From positions 9,168 to 73,167 of IMG/VR virus record IMGVR_UViG_3300045974_000100: DNA of 64,000 bases. One strand, written 5' to 3'. Position numbers and translations under genes: made by a program. The notes under the pieces are model-generated. The model searched no databases and was not told the origin of the DNA. It saw only the letters and a list, made by a program, of their open reading frames with translations. Positions 19,493 to 28,158 of the stretch are shown piece by piece. The first letter of the stretch is position 1; the number at the start of each line of letters is the position of its first letter. This DNA is from a virus.

Positions 19493-20617
19493 GTGGGTGA
19501 CTTCGGTAGCGACGCTCTTGTGGGTAAGTCGATGAAGACTGCCTACAAGACGGGCAGGGCATCCCGCGAACTGGTGGACACCCTTGAACGGTGGTCGCCG
19601 TCTAGGACTGGTTTCGGGTTGGACAAGCCAGGTCCGATGCCGCGTCGTGAGAAGGTCGCGTACCGGGTGGGCTACAAGCAGCCTGAGATGGAGAACGCGA
19701 AGCATAAGGCTGAACCGCTTGCTCTTCCTGCGGCCGCTGTAGGTGCTGGTGGTCTTCTCGTCGCCGCAGAGTATGACCGGGCGAAGAAGCGTCAACGTCG
19801 TGTGTCTAAGGGCGACTTGGGCGAGATGCGTGAGTGGTTGCCGAAGATCTACAGCCACGGCAAGACCATCCGTCGTGTGGATGCGGCGATGGACACGTCC
19901 AGGGGTGCTGAGAAGTTCATGGACGCTAAGAAGCAGCCCACGCTTCGCCGCAAGGCCAAGACTCACGCCGCCAACGCCGCTTACCGTCTTGGCTATCGTG
20001 AACCTGAGGTCAAGATCGGGGCTGCCGCAACTGCCTCTGGTGGCGCTATGGTCGGCGGTCTGACCGCTGTTAACCATGTGTGGCCCAAGGATGCCCACAA
20101 AGAGTCACTGGTGGGTAAAGCGTGGAATCAAACGGACTACGGGATGCCTCCGTCGGCTCACCCGATCGGCGACCGGATCACTCCGAGCAATGCTGTCTTG
20201 GGTGGTGCTGCTGGGGCGGCGGCTGTGTCGGCGCGGTCTTTCAGCAATGCCCGCAACATGGACAACACGCTGATGGACCGGCACGAACTGAACCAACGGG
20301 GCCTGGACTCGGCGAAGTTGAAGCGTCAGGCTGCACAGAAGGACGTCGACTATGTGCATCGCGGCCGGTCAGTGACCAAGCCGTTGAAGCCGACGAAGTA
20401 TCGGACGTTGCGAGCCGACCAGGGCATGTCTCGAGCGATGATCGACGAGGGTCGGGCAGCGGGTCGGGTGCGTCAGTCGTACACGGCACTGGGCCGGGCG
20501 GACAAGTTGGCCTCGCATGCGCGTGGTGCGGGCGCGTTAGGTGCAGTGGGCGCTGTCGGCCTCGGCTACCTGGGTATGAAGATGAAGTCTCGCCAAAATA
20601 GTCAGGTGCAGTACTGA
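19493..20617 (+). CDS. Basic three-module putative head-cargo polyprotein
   Basis: GGAGG RBS + GTG; LVGK|S, VSK|G and LVGK|A delimit modules that each end in a Gly/Ala hydrophobic helix and a charged or basic tail; TGATG-coupled to portal. Confidence 0.7.
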   Translation: MGDFGSDALVGKSMKTAYKTGRASRELVDTLERWSPSRTGFGLDKPGPMPRREKVAYRVGYKQPEMENAKHKAEPLALPAAAVGAGGLLVAAEYDRAKKRQRRVSKGDLGEMREWLPKIYSHGKTIRRVDAAMDTSRGAEKFMDAKKQPTLRRKAKTHAANAAYRLGYREPEVKIGAAATASGGAMVGGLTAVNHVWPKDAHKESLVGKAWNQTDYGMPPSAHPIGDRITPSNAVLGGAAGAAAVSARSFSNARNMDNTLMDRHELNQRGLDSAKLKRQAAQKDVDYVHRGRSVTKPLKPTKYRTLRADQGMSRAMIDEGRAAGRVRQSYTALGRADKLASHARGAGALGAVGAVGLGYLGMKMKSRQNSQVQY

Positions 20618-22320
20618 TGACTGAAATGACCGGTGGTCGGGCTCTGGTCCTCAACAACCCTCCGCAAGGTTTGGGTGCTGGTGAGGAGCAGGCCCTCGAT
20701 GAGGCGTTGAAAACGTCGCCTGACATCGAACTGGGTCTGTCCGGTCTGAAGCGGTACGGCGGCATCGTCGACGAAGAGTTCCTGCCGCAGTTGCGCGGGT
20801 CGCTCAAGGCGATTCAGATCTACCGGGAGATGTCGGACAACGACCCCATCATCGGGTCGGCTCTGTTCGCCATCAACAATCTGATCCGCAACGTGGACTG
20901 GCGTGTTGAGCCGTCCGGTAAGGACAAGGAGTCCGCGGACGCGGCGAAGTTCGTCGAAGAGTGCATGGAGGACATGGCCTCTCCGTGGGGTGACTTCATC
21001 ATGGAGGTGCTGTCGTGCCTGCCGTATGGATTCGCGTGGCACGAGATCGTCTACAAGAAGCGTGACGGCCTGTACGCCAAGGATGGCGCGCACCGGAGCA
21101 AGTTCACTGACGGCAAGATCGGCTGGCGCAAGATGCCGTTGCGCTCCCAGGACACCTGGCTGCGGTGGATCTTCGAGGACAACGGTGACGTGAAGGCGTT
21201 CGTCCAGTTGGCCCCTCCGACGTTCAAGACGACGTACATCCCGATCGAGAAGTCGTTGCTGTTCCGCTACAAGACGTTCAAGGGCAACCCTGAAGGTGTC
21301 TCGATGCTGCGCCAGGCCTACCGGCCGTGGTTTATGAAGAAGCGCATCGAAGAGTTCGAAGCCATCGGTGTGGAACGTGACTTGGCTGGTTTGCCTGTCA
21401 TCAAGGTGCCGGCGAAGTACTTGAAGGCGAAGTCGGGCACGGACGAGTACAAGGCTGTGCAGGGTTTCACGAAGATGGCGAAGTCGTTGCGCCGTGGCGA
21501 GTCCGAGGGTGTTGTGTTCCCGTTGGAGTTCGACCAGGACTCGAAGCAGCCCATGTTCTCGATCGAACTGTTGGGGTCTCCTGGTGGCCGCCAGTTCAAC
21601 ACGAACGAGATCATCCAACGCTATGAGGAGCGCATCCTTCAGACGATGCTCGCTGACTGGCTTCTGGTGGGCCATGACGGCGGCACCGGCTCGTATTCGA
21701 TGCACGTGGACAAGACCGGCATCTTCCGGACGGCGTTGAACTCGATCACGCAGATGATCGCTGATGTGCTCAACCGTCACGCCATTCCGCGGCTGTTCGA
21801 GTTGAACGGATGGCGCCCGGAGTCGTTGCCGAAGATCGTCCCGTCTGACGTTGACGCCCCTGACATCACCCAGTTGTCGCAGTTCATGTCCCAGATGGCC
21901 GGTATCGGCTTGAACTGGTTCCCGGACGCCGATCTGGAGAACATGCTGCGCAAGGCGGCCCGTCTGCCGGTCCTGGACGAGGACGAGATGGAACGCCGGC
22001 GCATGTTGCAGCAGAAAGCGGAGTCGACGCAGTTCGCTCAGGCCAACCTCGAGTATGTGGACTCTCGTTTGCAGCTCGCGCAGGCCCTTGGTGCAGGTAT
22101 GCCCTCGGATCAGGCCGCCCAAGCGGTGCAGTCGGGCCGTCAGCAGGACATGCAGCAGGAGCAGGGCCAGATCTCGGCTCAGCAGCAGGAGCAGTCGGCT
22201 CAGGCCGGTCATCAACGTCAACTGGAGTCCGCCGAGCATTCCTCGAAGTTGGCGATCTCGTCGGGGAAGGACAAGAAGCCGGCGGGTGGTGGGAAGAGTG
22301 GCGGGTCTTCCAAGACGTGA
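20617..22320 (+). CDS. Portal protein (Mu gp29/DUF935-like)
   Basis: ELGLSGL...YREMSDNDPIIG, YGFAWHEIVYK, GNPEGVSMLRQAY, GVERDLAGLP, IPRLFELNG; Q-rich C-terminal extension. Confidence 0.9.
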   Translation: MTEMTGGRALVLNNPPQGLGAGEEQALDEALKTSPDIELGLSGLKRYGGIVDEEFLPQLRGSLKAIQIYREMSDNDPIIGSALFAINNLIRNVDWRVEPSGKDKESADAAKFVEECMEDMASPWGDFIMEVLSCLPYGFAWHEIVYKKRDGLYAKDGAHRSKFTDGKIGWRKMPLRSQDTWLRWIFEDNGDVKAFVQLAPPTFKTTYIPIEKSLLFRYKTFKGNPEGVSMLRQAYRPWFMKKRIEEFEAIGVERDLAGLPVIKVPAKYLKAKSGTDEYKAVQGFTKMAKSLRRGESEGVVFPLEFDQDSKQPMFSIELLGSPGGRQFNTNEIIQRYEERILQTMLADWLLVGHDGGTGSYSMHVDKTGIFRTALNSITQMIADVLNRHAIPRLFELNGWRPESLPKIVPSDVDAPDITQLSQFMSQMAGIGLNWFPDADLENMLRKAARLPVLDEDEMERRRMLQQKAESTQFAQANLEYVDSRLQLAQALGAGMPSDQAAQAVQSGRQQDMQQEQGQISAQQQEQSAQAGHQRQLESAEHSSKLAISSGKDKKPAGGGKSGGSSKT

Positions 22321-22558
22321 CGTTCTTCGTTTCGCGCACGGCATGGTGTTGCAGCAGATCCAGCGCGAACAGGGCAATGTTGACGAACTGTTCCACCTGT
22401 ACCTACAGGAAAGCGCGAAGTCGGGGTGGCCCGTGCAGGTGGCGGTCTTCAACATCGTCCGGGCGTTGAGTGCGGTGGGCGCGAAACTCGCCGAATCCGT
22501 GGACGATGAGGTTGTGAGCAGTCTGACTGTGAGCCTGATTGGGGATGACCGTGACTGA
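22298..22558 (+). CDS. Hypothetical protein
   Basis: GTG at 22298 fills the gap between portal and the next gene; helical composition. Confidence 0.55.
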   Translation: MAGLPRRDVLRFAHGMVLQQIQREQGNVDELFHLYLQESAKSGWPVQVAVFNIVRALSAVGAKLAESVDDEVVSSLTVSLIGDDRD

Positions 22559-23813
22559 GCAGATGCCGGAACGGGCTTCACGCCGTAACGCTGCCACTCG
22601 TGCAGCTGCGGGTGGGGCCTTGTTTGGTTTGGGGTCAGCCACGCACTCTCTGGTTCGTTCTGATGTGGACCGTGTGTCGGGTTCGAAGGGTTGGGCGGGC
22701 GCCGGCAAGGATTCTGGCCATGTTCTGTCAGTCGGTCGGCGTAAGTTGGTCGATCACGGCCTTGCAGCCAAGCGAGCCAAGGAAGTGTTCCTGAACCCGG
22801 CTCACATCGGTGGGGGCATGTTGGGTCGGGCGGCCCAGATCACGGGCGCTGGCCTTGCTCTGATGGGCGCGAAGGGCATTGTGGCGCCGTCTGAGAAGAA
22901 CGCCAGCAAGTTGTCGATGCATAACGAGATCGTCCGGCCGATGATCAACCACGCCACTCCCATTGACCCGGAGAAGATGGAAGCCCGGCTGCGTCGCCGT
23001 CAACCGGTGGCTAAGCGTCTTCCGGAGTCTGAGTGGAACGATCTGCAGCGCCGTCGTCGGCGGCAGCGGAAGATCGCGTTGACTTCTGGCACGTTGGGTG
23101 TGAGTGCTCTGGCGTTGCGTGGTCCGGACGCGGTGAAGTTCGCCGTCCGCCACAACCCAGAGAAGCTGAAGATGATCACTCCCGCGGTGAAGCACTCTCA
23201 GCACGCCTCAAACCTTCTGGGTACTGGTTCGATCGGTATCGGCTCGATGGGTGCGTTCAACTCGGCGAAGATGGCCCACCTCGAGCACGAGCACGACAAC
23301 GAGTTGCAGCGTCTGTCCAACATGGCTTCGTCGGCTGTCCGTAAGGACGCCTGGTTGGACAAGTACCGTGACCGGATCTCTCCGTCGGCTGAGCACGGAT
23401 ACAAGCATCTGAAGGGTGGTCGCAATGAAGCCCGAGGTACTGCCGTGGGAAGTGGCCTCTTGTCGGCAGGGTCGGGTGCGGCCGCGATCGGAGCGCTTCG
23501 TCGTGGAAACAAGGTCGACGGCGCCATGCTCTCCGCTGCGGCTCTGTCTTCCGGCATTGCCACGTATCAGCAGGGCAAGAAGGCTCATACCTGGAACAAG
23601 AAGTTGGGCAAGATCAAGGCCAAGGGTGAAGAACGTGCCGCTCAAGGTATCTACGGCAAGGACCGTGAGGTAGCGAAGGCGTTCGGACTGATTCGACCCC
23701 CGAAGCCACCGAAGTTGGGGCCGTCGTCGATCCGTCGTGCCACCCTTAGACGGGGTGCTTCGGGGGCTATGGTCAACGTGAAGGCTGCGCCTGTGTCTGG
23801 AGGACTCCGGTGA
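22545..23813 (+). CDS. Basic multi-module putative head-cargo polyprotein
   Basis: VAK|R, VRK|D and VAK|A delimit modules with paired Gly/Ala hydrophobic helices. Confidence 0.7.
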   Translation: MTVTEQMPERASRRNAATRAAAGGALFGLGSATHSLVRSDVDRVSGSKGWAGAGKDSGHVLSVGRRKLVDHGLAAKRAKEVFLNPAHIGGGMLGRAAQITGAGLALMGAKGIVAPSEKNASKLSMHNEIVRPMINHATPIDPEKMEARLRRRQPVAKRLPESEWNDLQRRRRRQRKIALTSGTLGVSALALRGPDAVKFAVRHNPEKLKMITPAVKHSQHASNLLGTGSIGIGSMGAFNSAKMAHLEHEHDNELQRLSNMASSAVRKDAWLDKYRDRISPSAEHGYKHLKGGRNEARGTAVGSGLLSAGSGAAAIGALRRGNKVDGAMLSAAALSSGIATYQQGKKAHTWNKKLGKIKAKGEERAAQGIYGKDREVAKAFGLIRPPKPPKLGPSSIRRATLRRGASGAMVNVKAAPVSGGLR

Positions 23814-26800
23814 CGACAAACGCACGACTCCTTGAGGTCATCCGTAAGCACGGACGCCAGGACCCGGATGCGGGCTGCCAACTCATCGACCAGGCGCTCA
23901 TCTCGTACATGGATGACCTGGAGAAGTCGATGGGTCAGGATTTGGCTGACCTGCGCCTGGCTGCGGCCGGTGAGGCCATTTCCATCGGTAAGCGTGCGCT
24001 GGGCCGCGAATATGTGGAGTCGATCGCGAAGGGTGTGTACCCGGACGACGTTGACATGCTGCAACGCGCCCAGTGGATCGCTGACATTGAGCAGGCGCTG
24101 CTTGTGGCGAAGGCCGGTAACCCGTTCGGGCCTGGTTCTGGCACATCTACGGGTTCTGATGATGTGGAGAACTGGCAGGACGGCTCTCACCGTCGCGTCG
24201 TTCGTAACCGGTTCGGCCGGTTCGCCCGGTCCATCAGCGACAAGGGCGCCAACCCGTGGTTCGGCCCGCATGCTCGCCGTTCCCCTCGGATCTTGACTGA
24301 CGCCACCATCGGTGAGGGCAAAGAGGCCAAGTACAAGGATTCGCTGTCACCTGAGGACAAGGCGCAAGCCTCGGTTCACCAGGGCCAGTGGAACCACGTC
24401 AACGATCTGATGCAGGAGTTCCTCGACTCGTTCGGGACGAACAAGGGTGTCAACGCGATCGTCACTTTGCGCGGCGAGGACGGCCGGGACAAGTATTGGG
24501 AACTCCCGATGGAGGGTGTGGAGCGCGGCAAGCAACTGCCGAAGCACTACGACTGGCCGTTGGGCGACAAGGCTGTCCAGATCGAGTTCGTTCCATCTGC
24601 GGACGCCAACGAGAACGAGATGAAGCGCCTGAACGCGTTCGAGAACATGAACCTCATGGGTATGCCTGGCTATGCCCGTATGGCCTCGGTGGACCCGAAG
24701 CAGTGGTCGAAGTTGGCGGACACGTTCACGGACAAGAACAAGGCCAACCAGTGGGACGAGAACGGCCGTTTGGGCCAGTTCATGGGCCGTACTGCGGCGA
24801 TCACAGACGTGTTGCAGGCGTCGGGGTTCAACAACAAGTACACGGGCCTCGCAGGACTTGTAGGGTCGCTCGGCCCAGATGCCGCGAAGGTGCTGGACCC
24901 GTACGTGCGCCAGGCCGCCTACCGTTACCGCGGCACTGAGACCACGCCGTCTTCGCAGTTGCGTAGCGAATTGGCCACTCCTGCGGCTCACACCATGGAC
25001 GAGAACGAGGTGTTGGCTGAGCAGGCCCGCGCCACTGAGTCTGTAAGGACTGCGCGTCCGGGCGGTTTGCACCCTGTTGATGGTGCGATCGCGTTGGCGT
25101 CGAAGAACCGTGAGGAGATGACTCCGGACCAGTTCAACATGCGTGTCCGAGCCAACCTTGCGGGTGGTTTCCTGGCTGGGAAGTTGCCGAAGGACCTGGC
25201 GACCGCTGAACTGTCACGCCGTTCGGGCCACATCCTGCCCAGTCAGGGCGTGTTGCTCGACGACAAGGGCAAGATCGTCTCCCAGTCGGTCGGATACGCC
25301 GATGACCACTACTTGCCGTTCGACCTCAAGAACCTCTCCCGTCTGCGCGGGGGCCAATACGTCCGGACGCGTGTTCAGGGAGGGCTGACGGGAGAGGACA
25401 TCTACACGGCGGTGCAGACAGGAGCCCGTAAGGCTTCAGTGGTCTCGTCGTCGGGCTATTTCTCGCTCGAGTTCGCCCCTGATTTCCGTGGCGGCCGCGC
25501 GAACAGCGACAAAGCACGCCAAATGTATGACCGGTACTTGAAGATCCTTCAGGCCGTCGACGAGTCGGGCATGTACGTCCGCGACATCGACCCGTTGAAG
25601 AGGGAGCAACTGCGGTCCCGCGCGATCGACATCGCGAACGGCGACAAGGACATGTTCAAGCGCGAGTTTGAGCGTCTCGTCGACGAGGAGCGCATGAGTT
25701 CGGGCCGGGTGGAGGAAGGCGACCTCGACACGTTGCACGAAGAGGTTGTGCGGGATCTGTCTGCGGGTGGGAAGCAGGCACGTCCGGCTGACATCGCTGA
25801 CGAGTTTGAGCGTCGGGTGGAGGAGAAGCGCAACCTGCAGGCGTCGGAGTTGAAGTTGAACGCTGAAGGGTATGCGTTGGCGTTGCACACGTTGCAGCAG
25901 CAGTACCCGTACTTCATTCGGGCGATCGAGTTCCACGACCTCAAGGGCGCCGGCGGTTTCCTCAACGCTTTGGGTGTGCCTGGGAACGTGCCGGCGAACC
26001 GTCACGCCAAGGACATGGGTCGGGTGCGTCGCGGGGATCTGCGTCCGGACCAGGTCGGGTTCAAGCCGAAGGAAAGCAGCGAGCAGGTCCGTGAATACAG
26101 CGCCCCAGCCGGTGCTGCGCCGAAGCCTGCCGCTATGGAGGGTGAAGACACCGCGGAGGAGGCCTCTAAGCCGACCGACGTGGTGAAGCCGAACGCTCCG
26201 AAGATGCCTACGGGCCGGTTCAGCCAGATCATCGACCAGTCTCGTCCTTCCCTGGACAACCAGAAGGGCCAGACGTTGGGTGCGTTCTTTGACGCCTGCG
26301 CGTTGGCCGGCACGAGCAAGTACGAGGAGCGTTTGGGGCTGGGATCGTCCAGTTTCGACTCTCAGACCACGAACTTGGCTCGCGTCACCTGGTTGATGGC
26401 TCATAACAAGGATGACTCGATGGCGGTCCTGAATGGGCCGAACGGTGGGGAAGCGGTCGCTGCGTTGGGTGACGCGGAAGCGGTGAAGTCCGCATGGCAG
26501 GCCGCATTGGGCTTGTCAGCGAACCCGTCACTTCAGGGCTCGGATGAAGACCTCGAGACGACAATTCTGGGGTCCAACAAGCGCAGCGTCGTGTCCGACC
26601 GGATCGCTGAAATCGCTGCCCGTGCGTCCGATCTACTGTTCGTCACCTCTGGTCCTGGTCCGTTCACGCCTCCGCGTGGTGACGTGTTCGCTGCTGATGC
26701 GCGTGCCCAGTTGCCGTCGCAGGTTCAGTCGTTGACGAGTTACGAGCAACTGTTGGCATGGGCTGATAGTGACAAGAAGGGCGCGAACGAGGTTCAGTCA

Positions 26801-27313
26801 CGCGCGAAGCAGTTGATGTCTACTGCGCACGGTCCGTCGTTGACGGGTGCTTCTCGTGCGGCTCAGGAGCAGTTGAACTTGCTCAAGGCAATCAAGACTG
26901 CTCGTCGTGAATGGTCGCGTCGTTCCGATAAAGAGCGCACAACGAACGCATTCCAGCAGGCCGTGGCCAATGCTTACGGCGCTGGGTTCAAGACGAACAT
27001 GCTCAGCGGCTTTTTGACCGCGTACAAGCCGAACGAACTCACTGATGATGTCCTGCGGACGGAAGCTGAAGACATTCAGTCCGGTTGGACGTTCCTCACC
27101 GCGCAGCGCACCTTGAACCTCATGGACGCCAGGTCGGCTGACTGGGTGGATCGCGTGCTGTCTGGAGGTGGTGGTGCGGGCCCAAAAGCGTGGCCGGCCC
27201 CGGATCACAGCCTGGCGGCGTATCAGGTGGGCAAGTCGTCCTCGCCCCGACGGGTCGTCATCTTGCCGAAGGATCATCCGGTCAGCAAAGCGGTCCAGGC
27301 CAGACACATGTAG
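23810..27313 (+). CDS. Large putative internal head protein
   Basis: 1167 aa; GGAGG RBS; LEK|S and VAK|A sites then RNRFGRF; central JAB-like region; C-terminal VGK|S and VSK|A. Confidence 0.8.
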   Translation: MTTNARLLEVIRKHGRQDPDAGCQLIDQALISYMDDLEKSMGQDLADLRLAAAGEAISIGKRALGREYVESIAKGVYPDDVDMLQRAQWIADIEQALLVAKAGNPFGPGSGTSTGSDDVENWQDGSHRRVVRNRFGRFARSISDKGANPWFGPHARRSPRILTDATIGEGKEAKYKDSLSPEDKAQASVHQGQWNHVNDLMQEFLDSFGTNKGVNAIVTLRGEDGRDKYWELPMEGVERGKQLPKHYDWPLGDKAVQIEFVPSADANENEMKRLNAFENMNLMGMPGYARMASVDPKQWSKLADTFTDKNKANQWDENGRLGQFMGRTAAITDVLQASGFNNKYTGLAGLVGSLGPDAAKVLDPYVRQAAYRYRGTETTPSSQLRSELATPAAHTMDENEVLAEQARATESVRTARPGGLHPVDGAIALASKNREEMTPDQFNMRVRANLAGGFLAGKLPKDLATAELSRRSGHILPSQGVLLDDKGKIVSQSVGYADDHYLPFDLKNLSRLRGGQYVRTRVQGGLTGEDIYTAVQTGARKASVVSSSGYFSLEFAPDFRGGRANSDKARQMYDRYLKILQAVDESGMYVRDIDPLKREQLRSRAIDIANGDKDMFKREFERLVDEERMSSGRVEEGDLDTLHEEVVRDLSAGGKQARPADIADEFERRVEEKRNLQASELKLNAEGYALALHTLQQQYPYFIRAIEFHDLKGAGGFLNALGVPGNVPANRHAKDMGRVRRGDLRPDQVGFKPKESSEQVREYSAPAGAAPKPAAMEGEDTAEEASKPTDVVKPNAPKMPTGRFSQIIDQSRPSLDNQKGQTLGAFFDACALAGTSKYEERLGLGSSSFDSQTTNLARVTWLMAHNKDDSMAVLNGPNGGEAVAALGDAEAVKSAWQAALGLSANPSLQGSDEDLETTILGSNKRSVVSDRIAEIAARASDLLFVTSGPGPFTPPRGDVFAADARAQLPSQVQSLTSYEQLLAWADSDKKGANEVQSRAKQLMSTAHGPSLTGASRAAQEQLNLLKAIKTARREWSRRSDKERTTNAFQQAVANAYGAGFKTNMLSGFLTAYKPNELTDDVLRTEAEDIQSGWTFLTAQRTLNLMDARSADWVDRVLSGGGGAGPKAWPAPDHSLAAYQVGKSSSPRRVVILPKDHPVSKAVQARHM
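27164..27187 (+). promoter_or_regulatory. Candidate -1 programmed frameshift signal
   Basis: GGAGGTG (27164-27170), 10-nt spacer, then heptamer C CCA AAA (27181-27187) in the frame of the 1167-aa ORF; the -1 frame is the AAA ORF. Confidence 0.65.
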
Positions 27314-28158
27314 ATGCCAACAAGGTCGTCGAACTGCGCAACCGGCTCGACAACCTCACTGGCATGGCAGGTGTGAAGAACCAGGTCCAGTCGATCATCG
27401 ACACGACCGTCGACGACTATCAGCGCATCGAGGCTGGTAAGCCGCCGAAGGACTCCACACACCACATGGTCATCACTGGCCCGCCTGGTGTGGGTAAGAC
27501 GATGGTCACGTCCGAGATTCTGGCTCCGCTGTTCTACAACCTTGGTGTCACTGACCGTCCGTCTGCGGCTGACCCGTTCCGTGCCTCTGACTTGGTGTCC
27601 GAGTACGTGGAGGGCACCCGTAAGAAGGTCCGTGACTGGTGGGAGAAGAACCGTGGGGGAGTGCTTTTCCTCGACGAGGCGTATGTGTTGGCGCCGTCGA
27701 AGTCGAAGTACGGCCCTGAGGCGATCGACGAAATGATGCAGCTCATGGACAAGGACCGCCGTGATGGGGTCCACACTGTCCTGGTGATGGCTGGTTACCC
27801 GCATGAGATGAAGGAGTTCCTGGACACGGTCAACCCAGGGTTCAAGTCGCGTATCCCGCACCGCATCAACATGCCTGCGTATTCTGCGGAGGACCAGCAC
27901 AAGATCTTGCAGGGCATGATGGAGCGCCAGCAGGACGTGGTGACCCCGGAAACGAGCCGTGTGATCGGTGACGCGGTGGGTCGTCTGTCCACACATCCGA
28001 ACAACGCGAATGGCCGCACAATGTCGAACTTCCACCAGCAGATGTCACGGGCGCGTGCGACTCGTCGGGCTGTGAACCCGGCGTCGAGCGCCATTGACGA
28101 GTTCTTGCCGGCCGATGTGAAGCGTGCGGAAGCGGAAGAAAGCCGGTCTATGTCGTGA
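27190..28158 (+). CDS. AAA+ ATPase, CbbX/SpoVK/EccA-like
   Basis: LTGMAGVKNQV, HMVITGPPGVGKT, SDLVSEYV, GGVLFLDEAYVL, YGPEAID, MAGY..EM, NPGFKSR, NGR. Confidence 0.9.
   Translation: MAGPGSQPGGVSGGQVVLAPTGRHLAEGSSGQQSGPGQTHVDANKVVELRNRLDNLTGMAGVKNQVQSIIDTTVDDYQRIEAGKPPKDSTHHMVITGPPGVGKTMVTSEILAPLFYNLGVTDRPSAADPFRASDLVSEYVEGTRKKVRDWWEKNRGGVLFLDEAYVLAPSKSKYGPEAIDEMMQLMDKDRRDGVHTVLVMAGYPHEMKEFLDTVNPGFKSRIPHRINMPAYSAEDQHKILQGMMERQQDVVTPETSRVIGDAVGRLSTHPNNANGRTMSNFHQQMSRARATRRAVNPASSAIDEFLPADVKRAEAEESRSMS

Noticed and set aside
20602-22581. 659-aa minus-strand ORF
   Set aside because: Antisense to the clear portal gene.
27190-28158. Type VII secretion system (EccA) locus
   Set aside because: No FtsK/EccC, WXG100 or other ESX genes; only the AAA domain family is shared.
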